From positions 261 to 64,260 of the forward strand of contig JAFQTD010000015.1 of NCBI GenBank assembly GCA_017409215.1: a stretch of 64,000 nt of DNA, given 5' to 3'. A program made the position numbers and the translations under genes. This DNA is from Alphaproteobacteria bacterium. GTDB taxonomy: Bacteria > Pseudomonadota > Alphaproteobacteria > Rs-D84. Within the stretch, counting starts at the first letter, position 1. Each line of letters begins with the position of its first letter. Shown in pieces: positions 16,450 through 25,853 of this stretch. Under the pieces are notes generated by a model. The model did no database searches. It worked only from the letters and a program-made list of their open reading frames with translations, and was not told where the DNA came from.

Positions 16450-17832
16450 CTATAAACAAACAATTCTGTCTATATTGATATTTTTAGCAAACATTTCATC
16501 ATGCGATACCAGTAATATCGCACCAGTATATTGATTTATGGCGTTTTCTAGGATTCCGATGCTTTTTATTTCAAGGTTGTTTGTCGGTTCGTCCAGAATC
16601 AACAAATCTGGCTGATTGTTGCCACCCAGAATCGCTGCCAAAGTTGCCTTTAATAGTTCGCCACCTGACAATATCCCCACCCGTTTCAAGGAAGATTCCC
16701 CACGAAAGCCAAAATTTGCAGCAATCATATGTGCATCGTGTCGCAAGCACCCCGATAAATCCATTATGTTTTCAACTATGGTTTTATTTTTATCTAGCAG
16801 TGACAAGTCTTGATTTATGTATGCAATTTTGCCAAATGTATGGACTGTTCCTGATTGTGCATTTAATTCACCGCAAATGATTTTTAATAACGTGGATTTG
16901 CCAGAACCATTCTTGCCAATCAATCGCGCCCTTGTTTTGCCGTACATTGCAAAATCAAAATTTTCAAATACTTTTTTGTCGCCGTACGAAAACGACAGTC
17001 CAGTAATGCGTATTAATTCTTTGCTGTAAAAAGGCTTGTTAGGAATGGGTATCTTGATGGTTTCGTTTCGCATTTGTTCAGATAGCGATTGTTGTATCGA
17101 CATTTGTTCATCTAATTTCTTTTGAATTATTGCGCGCTGTTTCGCCTCGGTTTCTTGACTTTTGCCACGCAGTGCATTTTGCTCTAAACGACTGCGTCGC
17201 GAAGTATTGATTTCTTTTTGTTGTTTACGCTCGTGATGTTGTCGTGTGTTTTGAGCGATATTTATAGTGTTATTTAAGCGCGCAATCGATTTTTGTGTAT
17301 CAATATATCTGGAATTTATATTTTCTTGCTCTAAACGCTTTTGTTCCATATAAAAATCATAATTGCCACCATATACTTTTAAATGCCCGTTATGTAATTC
17401 TATTATTTTATCCATACGTTGCAAAAGTTCCCTGTCGTGCGAAACGATAACTGCGCCATTTGGGTATTTTGTTAGTTGCTTGAAAAACACCTGTTTGGCA
17501 TCAGAGTCCAGATTATTCGTCGGTTCGTCCAACAGCAAAATATCCGCCCTGCTTTCAAATGCACGCATAAGTGCGTACATCTGCTGTTCACCGCCACTTT
17601 TAGAATCCGAGGCGTTTATTTGTTTTAGCATATATGTACTTGCGCAGTTGTTAATATTGCCAGTTTCGGGCAACAAATCCCCCGACAACAATCGCAATAA
17701 TGTTGTCTTGCCTGTGCCGTTGTCGCCAATAATCGCAACACATTCGCTGTCGCTGAATGTAATCGATACACCGTCCAGCAGATTATCTGCACCATAAGAA
17801 AAAGATACTTTTGATAAAGAAATTAAAGCCAT
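16450..17832 (-). CDS. ABC-F family ATPase (two NBDs, no TM domain)
   Basis: Walker A GDNGTGKTT and GKNGSGKST, signatures SGGEQQ/LSGGELL, Walker B LLLDEPTN/LILDEPTN, and a charged ~100-aa inter-domain linker. Confidence 0.85.
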   Translation of the reverse strand: MALISLSKVSFSYGADNLLDGVSITFSDSECVAIIGDNGTGKTTLLRLLSGDLLPETGNINNCASTYMLKQINASDSKSGGEQQMYALMRAFESRADILLLDEPTNNLDSDAKQVFFKQLTKYPNGAVIVSHDRELLQRMDKIIELHNGHLKVYGGNYDFYMEQKRLEQENINSRYIDTQKSIARLNNTINIAQNTRQHHERKQQKEINTSRRSRLEQNALRGKSQETEAKQRAIIQKKLDEQMSIQQSLSEQMRNETIKIPIPNKPFYSKELIRITGLSFSYGDKKVFENFDFAMYGKTRARLIGKNGSGKSTLLKIICGELNAQSGTVHTFGKIAYINQDLSLLDKNKTIVENIMDLSGCLRHDAHMIAANFGFRGESSLKRVGILSGGELLKATLAAILGGNNQPDLLILDEPTNNLEIKSIGILENAINQYTGAILLVSHDEMFAKNINIDRIVCL

Positions 17833-18080
17833 AAAAAACCCCTGATATTGTAATTGAACTGCCACACATTTCTGTGTGTGATTTATAAAAAAATTACAAT
17901 ATTAAATACTCATTGGGTTTTGCCTTGGGTTGTGTTATACACTGTGTATTCTAGCAAAAAAAATCATAAAATCAATAAAATAGTTCTGGGGTGTTCTGGT
18001 TTGGGGTATTATTAACAGAACTTGACTTTTGTGTTTTTTGTGCTATTTTTGTGCAGAAAAATATAAAAAAAGGACTAGTT

Positions 18081-18275
18081 ATGCCATTCGTAGAATTTAC
18101 CAGCGAATTTAATACAAAAGTATCAATCAATACAGATTACATTATCGCAATTGGCGAAAAATGGACAGATCGTTCATATATAACAACAACCGCGTCCACA
18201 ATTATCTTGAATGAAGACTATCAGAAGATTGTAAATACAATAAAACACGTCACGCAACAAAACAAGACACGATAA
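18081..18275 (+). CDS. small hypothetical protein
   Basis: 64 aa from ATG 18081 with RBS AAGGA. Confidence 0.4.
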   Translation: MPFVEFTSEFNTKVSINTDYIIAIGEKWTDRSYITTTASTIILNEDYQKIVNTIKHVTQQNKTR

Positions 18276-18401
18276 GCCCACAAAATTGATTCTATAAAAC
18301 AAACTGCTGTAAATCAGGGTGCCTTGCTTTTCAATTGAACATCTTTATCGGCATCTTTCATCATATCAATTGTGTGTTGCTTGCGTTCACGCCAGCTTTC
18401 A

Positions 18402-21400
18402 TTAATACGATTGTAACAACAATTTATACTCTTTATCAATCACGTCAATAACTCCCCTGGCCTCGTCATCAGGATACTTCGACAAGTCATTCAACATTCT
18501 ATTATATTTTGCTGTAATTACATCATCTGTTGCCCCCGAATGCAATCCCCACTTCACCAAAACTTCTGACCGAGTTTGTGCATTGAAATCAATATTATAA
18601 TTTGCCCCTTGAACAAAATCAGCAAACCATTTCTTTCTTGCTCTTGACGACAAACCACTAGAAATTCCCGCATAATTATCAGAAAAAGCAAAAGCAGACT
18701 GCTCTGTTGGTCTAAGATAATAACCCGGACCATATGAAGAACTAATCCCGCCAAATAGTTCCGCGTTAACCAATTGTTCACCGATTGCCCCCTCATTCGG
18801 TGTAACGAAATCATTATAATGTATACCTTCATGCCCCGATACACCCAGCATCTGCCTACCACCTGCATCAATATATCTACTATCTGGATTTATATAAATG
18901 TAATGCTGTCCGTTAATAAGCTCATGTTTTATGACTCTCCCTGCTGATGTCATACCTCTTTTTATTACAACCTGCGGTGCCGGAATATTATTTTCTTTTG
19001 CAACAGCATTAAAAACACTTTGTAAAGAGCTTCTTAAATCGTCTTCATTAATCCAATTATCCAAAGCTTCTTGAACTGCTTTATCTTGACTAAGAACCCT
19101 ATCAAATATTTCTGTTTGCTTTACGGCATTTACCCTCATTCTGGGCAAGGGGGCGACCTCTGCAATATCTACATGATATTGCGCAGTAACCTCATTCTTT
19201 TTTGCAACAAGGGCCTTATAATCTTCCGACTCCCAGTATTTTTTCAACAAATCCTCTTCCGATAAACCGGGATTTTTTTCCCTAAAGCTATTAAAGAGAC
19301 GATTATAATCATCATCAAGTTCTTCTCTTATCGGCTTATATCGTGCATTAACATTTGAAACATCCAAATTAACAGTCGAATAGGAACGAGTAAAAGACGG
19401 ACTCATAACCGTTTCTTCCGCAAACATTTCTCTATACAAGTTTATTTTATCACCTGACCAACGACTAAAGTCACCAGAACCAGGTTTTTGTAGTTCACTT
19501 AAATATTGCCCCTTAAAAAGTCTATAATCATTTATATCAGACCCAGATTCTACAAACAAATCATTATAACGCATCATAGCAGAACGTTTGGCATCTCCAA
19601 GTTCTGAATTTTTAATCCATGTTTTTGCTTGTTCTTCTATAACAGCCAAATTATTATCAAACGAAGTCATAAAATCGTCAATAGATTGATTTTGTGGCGC
19701 ATAATCATCATACAGCTCAAGCCAACGTCTGCCCTCAGGTGTTTTATCCAATTCCTCTATACGAGCCAATTCTGCATTAGCAAGCTTTTCATTACGCAAT
19801 GCTATTCTTTCTGCACGCGTTAATCCAGATTCATCAACCACCCCAAGAACATCATCTGTCCCACCTGCTGCAAAGGCTGTAACATCATCTACCTTTTTCC
19901 TTAATACCCTTGTTGCCTCGGGTAAATCATCTGCCAATTTTGTATTTTTAAACAACGCGGTTCCACCAGATTTTACAAGTCCCACAGACTGCATTGCGAT
20001 GCCAACTGCGCGCCAAATTTCTGCTGCGTCATATCCGCCGTCATCAAAACCAGACAGACCCTGTTCTGCAATAATTCTGTAAAATTTGGATTCTGTCGGT
20101 ATCATTTCCGCCAATCGTGCCATTACTTTATCAATCATCAACGCTTCTGTTTTGGTCAACTCGTTTTCAATACGCGCCAAATGCACCAAATGTTCCTTTA
20201 TCAAACTTTCTGCACAAACTGCATCTTGACATTTATTACTTTCTACAAAAAAATCATCCGCCATACCATTAATTTTATGTTGCGCAATAATTTCCATTAC
20301 ACCACCAGCAGTCTCAACAACAACAATCGCTGGACTGTCACCGGTTCCAAAAGACACAACGGCACTTAGCAATGTTCCACCAACCATCAATGCAATATTT
20401 AGAGATTTTTCATGACGTGTAGCTGCCGCCCCATCCGGCAAAGTACAAATTTCATTTTCTGGATCCCATTCCACCAATCTGCATTCATGACAGCTTTCTA
20501 TATTTGCAGCACGCAATTTTAAGCACTCATCTTCATCCAGATGCATACAACGCTTGCCCGTATATTCACCACCTGCAATTATACAATCCATCGCCTGTTT
20601 CCCTGCACGTCTAAACTTACGTTTCCATTCAGACAAATCAGGAAAAACAAAATCAACAGGCTGACTATTTACATAACAGGTTAACACCTCGTCACGTTCA
20701 CCCTTATACATTATATGTCCTGTTGAATAATCGCAACTAAATGATTCTAAAACTATGTTCTTTTTGCCCATATATTCATTGAGATATTTTTTTACAAATG
20801 CTTCTATGCTCATATCCATTTGTGCCGTCACACCTAAAAACACATAATTATCAATACCGTATGCGGTGCGCAATTCGTTTGTGGTGCGAACTATTCCCGA
20901 CACTGTGCATAAATTATCGGAAACATCATCTGGATGTGGTAAATTCTGTTGTTCTAACAGCGGCCTAGTCTGAATACCAAGACCGACCTTCGCATTAACC
21001 CAATCTGTATAATTTTGTTTTGCCTTGGCATTTTTTACTATCTTGGATTCATAGCCCATTTTTTGCAATGTATTATTTATTTCGCTACATTTCTTATAAT
21101 CAGACACATTATATGCCGCAAATCCATCATCCCCGTCTTTGGTAATCGCTGAAATATCAGATATTCCTGTCAGTGTTTGCACATCATGCAATTTGCCAAC
21201 AGCATTTAACACACTATGCAAAATAGAATTATCTTCTGTCGTGGTCAGATTACCAAAATTAAATTCAAATTTATGATAATCATCCACACTGGAACACTTC
21301 AGGTATCTTTTACCACGTATATCTGATGAACAAACCGCTTTTATCCTGTGCTTTTTCAACAGATATTCCTTGGCCAAGGCGATTCCTTCGGGAATACGAA

Positions 21401-21755
21401 CCGTAGCGGAATTAAAAAGCTGCACACATTCACCAGATTCAACTGATACACCCTTGTCACAAACAGAATAAAATCTGGTCAATAAAATATCAATCACGCG
21501 CCCACACATTTCAGAATTCCAGCCCGCAGCATTACATGCCGCCCGCAATCCTGACTGATTAATCATACCTGTTTCGGTTAAATGCTGATTAAAGGCCTGT
21601 GCAAAGGCAGACATTTCTTGTTCCCTGCCCGCAAAAGCATCTTTTAACACATACTCTAAAACATCTGGATAGATAAAAACTTCTTTCTCAGAATCCGCAA
21701 ATGCACTGGTTGCACAAAACAAAGACAAAAATATCGCAAATATTTTCTTTATCAT
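18402..21755 (-). CDS. large secreted Cys-rich protein with C-terminal HEXXH (zincin-like) motif
   Basis: Signal MIKKIFAIFLSLFCATSAFA. Many Cys in the first ~450 aa. GVSGHEGIHYNDF near the C-terminus. The start ATG overlaps the upstream stop (ATGA). Confidence 0.6.
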   Translation of the reverse strand: MIKKIFAIFLSLFCATSAFADSEKEVFIYPDVLEYVLKDAFAGREQEMSAFAQAFNQHLTETGMINQSGLRAACNAAGWNSEMCGRVIDILLTRFYSVCDKGVSVESGECVQLFNSATVRIPEGIALAKEYLLKKHRIKAVCSSDIRGKRYLKCSSVDDYHKFEFNFGNLTTTEDNSILHSVLNAVGKLHDVQTLTGISDISAITKDGDDGFAAYNVSDYKKCSEINNTLQKMGYESKIVKNAKAKQNYTDWVNAKVGLGIQTRPLLEQQNLPHPDDVSDNLCTVSGIVRTTNELRTAYGIDNYVFLGVTAQMDMSIEAFVKKYLNEYMGKKNIVLESFSCDYSTGHIMYKGERDEVLTCYVNSQPVDFVFPDLSEWKRKFRRAGKQAMDCIIAGGEYTGKRCMHLDEDECLKLRAANIESCHECRLVEWDPENEICTLPDGAAATRHEKSLNIALMVGGTLLSAVVSFGTGDSPAIVVVETAGGVMEIIAQHKINGMADDFFVESNKCQDAVCAESLIKEHLVHLARIENELTKTEALMIDKVMARLAEMIPTESKFYRIIAEQGLSGFDDGGYDAAEIWRAVGIAMQSVGLVKSGGTALFKNTKLADDLPEATRVLRKKVDDVTAFAAGGTDDVLGVVDESGLTRAERIALRNEKLANAELARIEELDKTPEGRRWLELYDDYAPQNQSIDDFMTSFDNNLAVIEEQAKTWIKNSELGDAKRSAMMRYNDLFVESGSDINDYRLFKGQYLSELQKPGSGDFSRWSGDKINLYREMFAEETVMSPSFTRSYSTVNLDVSNVNARYKPIREELDDDYNRLFNSFREKNPGLSEEDLLKKYWESEDYKALVAKKNEVTAQYHVDIAEVAPLPRMRVNAVKQTEIFDRVLSQDKAVQEALDNWINEDDLRSSLQSVFNAVAKENNIPAPQVVIKRGMTSAGRVIKHELINGQHYIYINPDSRYIDAGGRQMLGVSGHEGIHYNDFVTPNEGAIGEQLVNAELFGGISSSYGPGYYLRPTEQSAFAFSDNYAGISSGLSSRARKKWFADFVQGANYNIDFNAQTRSEVLVKWGLHSGATDDVITAKYNRMLNDLSKYPDDEARGVIDVIDKEYKLLLQSY

Positions 21756-22696
21756 TTCAACACCCCCGTACATTTTGCCGCGACTTCGGCAACCTTTTTT
21801 ATCGCGGATATTTGCGTCGCGTTAAATACAGTCGCAACACCACCAGCCACCGCAGATGCCCCAGCCAACACATTCGATGCAGTATTTAAATTTTTTTCTT
21901 TATCACTACGTGTCCCATCTGTATTTTTTTGCGACAAAATATTTTTACTGTTTGCCATCGCACTGGTCGTGGTACCCGCCAACCCAGCCACAGCACCAAC
22001 CCCAGATGAAATCATTGCACCTTTGCCACGTGTATTAATCTTGGATAAATCAACATATTCAAATTCACTGCAGACCGATTCAATAGATTGCGCTTCGGTC
22101 ACGTCTTCGCCATTTATACGCGCCTGCATAATTGCAGTACGCAGGTTCGAAACACTTTCCTTGCACGAATTTATCTGCGCGTCTAAATCGCCATCAACCT
22201 TATTTTTTGCCGCAATAATTGTACCTGCAACATTTGCAACTGTACCTGTTGCCATTAACCCAGTGCGCCAATTGCCCAGCTTCTTGGATTTATCTTGTAA
22301 TTGCGACAGTTCAGAAGACGAAGATGCGCCACCCACCGCAGAAGATATCGATTTAACAATCTCTTCTTTATCTTCATTTGATAAATCTCGTTCAGCGTTA
22401 TTATTACGCTGTTGTTCTGCCGTACGCAGTTTTGTGATTAATTCATCTATTTCTTTATCGATTTGTTCTTTTTTTATGCCAACGGCAACCGCGCCAACAC
22501 CAGTTGCAGCACCAACACCAGTTATCGCGGTGTTTATACCGGCCATTTTCTTTAAATCAGTCAATTCTTCATCAATGCCAACACAGGCTGTATATGTCGC
22601 ACGCAACGCATCATTCAGTGTCAGCACACTCGCAGCCGCGGGGAAAGAGGGTAAAAACGCAGTAATTACAACAAGCAAGCTTATTTTAGTCTTCAT
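21752..22696 (-). CDS. secreted protein with four Gly/Ala-rich glycine-zipper-like segments and coiled-coil spacers
   Basis: Start at MKTKISLLVVITAFLPSFPAAASV. Segments GVGAATGVGAVAVGI, GLMATGTVANVAGTIIAA, SSGVGAVAGLAGTTTSA and LAGASAVAGGVATV. Confidence 0.55.
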   Translation of the reverse strand: MKTKISLLVVITAFLPSFPAAASVLTLNDALRATYTACVGIDEELTDLKKMAGINTAITGVGAATGVGAVAVGIKKEQIDKEIDELITKLRTAEQQRNNNAERDLSNEDKEEIVKSISSAVGGASSSSELSQLQDKSKKLGNWRTGLMATGTVANVAGTIIAAKNKVDGDLDAQINSCKESVSNLRTAIMQARINGEDVTEAQSIESVCSEFEYVDLSKINTRGKGAMISSGVGAVAGLAGTTTSAMANSKNILSQKNTDGTRSDKEKNLNTASNVLAGASAVAGGVATVFNATQISAIKKVAEVAAKCTGVLK

Positions 22697-22957
22697 AACA
22701 TTCCTCAACAACAATGTTTGTATTATAGCATATATACCATACAAAAAAAAGAAATAACCGCCCAAATGGGGGTGTTTGATTTTTGTGGCGGAATATGATT
22801 TTGTTACGAACAACCACATACAAATTCCGACTTTTACAGGGAATTTACAGGGATTTTTTGATATAATATTTATATCATCTGGGAACTATCTGGGAAAAAT
22901 ATTGACTTTCTGGGAATTATTTGGTAAAATCTGGTAAAAATATTAAAAGGATTTAGT

Positions 22958-24016
22958 ATGCCTAATAATAGAGATATTGTTATAACCCCAGAAATGCTGA
23001 ACAGCATTGCCGAGATTGATGCATTTAATGGTGCGTGGACCGGCGGGGCAGTAAAACTGTCCGCGGACGATCTGCGTGTTATGCGTCGTGTTGCAACAAT
23101 TGAATCTGTCGGATCATCTAATCGTATAGAAGGCAATCGTATGACAGACACTGAAATTGAGGCATTGTTTGCCAATATCAATCGTCAGTCATTTGCCACC
23201 AGAGACGAGCAGGAAGTTGCCGGATATTCAGATGTAATCAATACCATATTTGAAAACTATGCGTCTATACCGCTTAGTGAGAATTATATTAAGCAGTTGC
23301 ATAAAATATTATTGAATTACTCTGACAAAGACACCCGCCATCGTGGCGAATATAAAAAAGACAGCAACCGTGTTGCTGCATTTGACGCAAACGGTAATGA
23401 AATCGGTTCTATATTCGAAACCGCTACACCATTTGATACGCCACGCCTGATGAGTGAAACAGTAAAATGGACCAATGATGTGTTGGCCGACAAATTCTTT
23501 CACCCTATTATTGCCATTGGTGTGTTTGTGATACATTTTCTGTCCATCCATCCATTTACCGATGGTAATGGGCGTTTGTCGCGCGCATTGACTGTTATGC
23601 TGATGCTGAAAAGTGGATATACATATATGCCATATGCATCTATGGAATCTATTATAGAAGCGACCAAGGACGCATACTATCGTGCATTACGTGGCACACA
23701 AAAAACCATCTGGGGCGACAAGATCAACTATGAACCATGGCTGACTTTCTTTGTTCGTGCATTGGTTGCACAAAAACGCCAGCTGGAAGACAAAATCGCA
23801 AAAGTACGTGGCGCAAGTGCGGCAAAACTGTCTGCAACACAGAATCAGATTTTGGAACTGTTTCATAAAACACCAGAATTGACCATGCCACAGATTGTAT
23901 CTGCGATGGATAAAAATCCAGAAACCATTCGCAAGGCGGTACACGCATTGGTTAAACGGGGACACATATCAAAACAAGGTACAACCCGTGGTGTGTTTTA
24001 CACTTTGCATAAATAA
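22958..24016 (+). CDS. Fic family protein with C-terminal winged-helix
   Basis: HPFTDGNGRLSRAL (Fic motif HPFxxGNGR). C-terminal ..ETIRKAVHALVKRGHISKQG is wHTH-like. Confidence 0.9.
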   Translation: MPNNRDIVITPEMLNSIAEIDAFNGAWTGGAVKLSADDLRVMRRVATIESVGSSNRIEGNRMTDTEIEALFANINRQSFATRDEQEVAGYSDVINTIFENYASIPLSENYIKQLHKILLNYSDKDTRHRGEYKKDSNRVAAFDANGNEIGSIFETATPFDTPRLMSETVKWTNDVLADKFFHPIIAIGVFVIHFLSIHPFTDGNGRLSRALTVMLMLKSGYTYMPYASMESIIEATKDAYYRALRGTQKTIWGDKINYEPWLTFFVRALVAQKRQLEDKIAKVRGASAAKLSATQNQILELFHKTPELTMPQIVSAMDKNPETIRKAVHALVKRGHISKQGTTRGVFYTLHK

Positions 24017-24064
24017 ACCATAGCCAGCTGCAAAAACAGCGGGTTGATTTTGATGTACTTTACG

Positions 24065-25419
24065 ACCTATTTTGGAAAGATTAATCGCATTTGATATAAT
24101 AAAGCGGTATTCATGAAAGGCGCACAGGTGTTATAGGTTGCTTCTCAAATCATCTTTGATATAATAAACATTTGAAGAACAACTGGCCGAGGTGCGTTAT
24201 AGGTTGCTTCTCAAATCGTCTTTGATATAATGCGAATGATATTGCGTGTGTCCAATGCGGAGTTATAGGTTGCTTCTCAAATCGTCTTTGATATAATGCA
24301 CGTGTATAACACATATCGTTATAATCAGTTATAGGTTGCTTCTCAAATCGTCTTTGATATAATCGTTGAACAATGCACAGGATTAAAGGACAAGTTATAG
24401 GTTGCTTCTCAAATCGTCTTTGATATAATTAATATCATAACGGCGCCGCGCGCAAGCAAGTTATAGGTTGCTTCTCAAATCGTCTTTGATATAATTTTAA
24501 ATAGGTTTTAAATAGGTTTTAACAGGTTATAGGTTGCTTCTCAAATCGTCTTTGATATAATGCCCTGCTCCACGGCATATCGAAAGCCGGCGTTATAGGT
24601 TGCTTCTCAAATCGTCTTTGATATAATGAACAAATTCGGCGCAAAAAAAATAACCATGTTATAGGTTGCTTCTCAAATCGTCTTTGATATAATAATGGCT
24701 AATACTTGGTATGTACTGAAATAGTTATAGGTTGCTTCTCAAATCGTCTTTGATATAATATATAGACTGCTTTTAATCCGTATGCAGTAGTTATAGGTTG
24801 CTTCTCAAATCGTCTTTGATATAATGGATAAAACAAAAAAAACACAAAAAAATAAGTTATAGGTTGCTTCTCAAATCGTCTTTGATATAATTACAAGTGC
24901 AACCGGGAGACACTTGGAAAAGTTATAGGTTGCTTCTCAAATCGTCTTTGATATAATTACTGGGGTCAATTAATCAAACTGCTTTAAGTTATAGGTTGCT
25001 TCTCAAATCGTCTTTGATATAATTGCCCTGCTCTACGCCATTCGTAAGGCGATGTTATAGGTTGCTTCTCAAATCGTCTTTGATATAATCATTCAAAGAA
25101 GATGCACTTAAATATATAAGTTATAGGTTGCTTCTCAAATCGTCTTTGATATAATGAACTGGAAGATGTATTCGGTAAAAACGCGGTTATAGGTTGCTTC
25201 TCAAATCGTCTTTGATATAATTCGAACGTATCGAACATTTGAATGCAGACGGTTATAGGTTGCTTCTCAAATCGTCTTTGATATAATCAGATGATGCTTT
25301 GGCAACATTAAGCATATGTTATAGGTTGCTTCTCAAATCGTCTTTGATATAATCGTTTTGCAGGATTTCTTCGGTTTCACTGCGTTATAGGTTGCTTCTC
25401 AAATCGTCTTTGATATAAT
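24065..25419 (+). CRISPR. CRISPR array: 20 x 36-bp repeat GTTATAGGTTGCTTCTCAAATCGTCTTTGATATAAT, 19 x 30-bp spacers, plus one degenerate terminal repeat
   Basis: Repeats start at 24130+66k (k=0..19). 19 are identical and the first carries G>A at 24152. A degenerate copy at 24065-24100 keeps only ..AATCG.(A/C)TTTGATATAAT. Confidence 0.98.
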
Positions 25420-25428
25420 AGGCACATG

Positions 25429-25455
25429 AAAAACCGCGGACATTCCGCGGTTTTT
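25429..25455. terminator. bidirectional hairpin terminator between array and cas2
   Basis: AAAAACCGCGGACATTCCGCGGTTTTT. Confidence 0.75.
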
Positions 25456-25522
25456 GTGTATTTACGCAACCAAAAACACGTCTATTTTTGATAAATTCTG
25501 CTGATTCGTTTCGTTTTTTTGC

Positions 25523-25852
25523 TTAAAACATCAACAATTGTTGTGTGCCGATTTTTTCAGCAACTGGTGGTGAACCAACCAAGAAAAACATATCTGCAAA
25601 TTGCTTTTCTGTAACAGTTAAAACACGAACCGAGCCTGATGGGGGCGCTAAATGGCGCAGACGCTGAATGTGCTTGTCAACTGCGGAAGCACCCTTGACC
25701 ATCCGGGAATATATTGAAAACTGCATCATATAATATCCATCGTTTAATAAATCGTTTCTAAATCGTGTGGCAGCATAGCGTTCACACCGTGTACCAACCG
25801 GTAAATCAAAAAACACCAATATTCGCATAAATTTTTCCCCCGATTGATACAT
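25523..25852 (-). CDS. cas2: CRISPR-associated endoribonuclease Cas2
   Basis: MRILVFFDLPV...FSIYSRMV...VRVLTVTEKQF. A longer start at 25852 lies 1 nt after the cas1 stop; the alternative start is MRILV at 25828. Confidence 0.9.
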   Translation of the reverse strand: MYQSGEKFMRILVFFDLPVGTRCERYAATRFRNDLLNDGYYMMQFSIYSRMVKGASAVDKHIQRLRHLAPPSGSVRVLTVTEKQFADMFFLVGSPPVAEKIGTQQLLMF

Positions 25853-25853
25853 A

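Noticed and set aside
17833-17990. Leader-peptide attenuator upstream of the ABC-F gene, as in antibiotic-resistance ARE ABC-F genes.
   Set aside because: Only a 3-codon ORF (ATG AGT ATT TAA) and one short hairpin (CACACACAGAAATGTGTG) are visible, with no convincing terminator/antiterminator pair. The evidence is insufficient to call.
24101-24129. An extra (20th) spacer between the degenerate repeat and repeat 1.
   Set aside because: It is 29 nt rather than 30 and is preceded by a repeat that has lost its 5' half, the part that pairs with tracrRNA. It is unlikely to give a functional crRNA, so it is counted as array decay.
24166-25383. Self-targeting spacers against this window.
   Set aside because: I found no obvious match of any spacer elsewhere in the 64 kb by eye, but an exhaustive search was not possible. 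The question remains open and needs BLASTN of all spacers against the genome.
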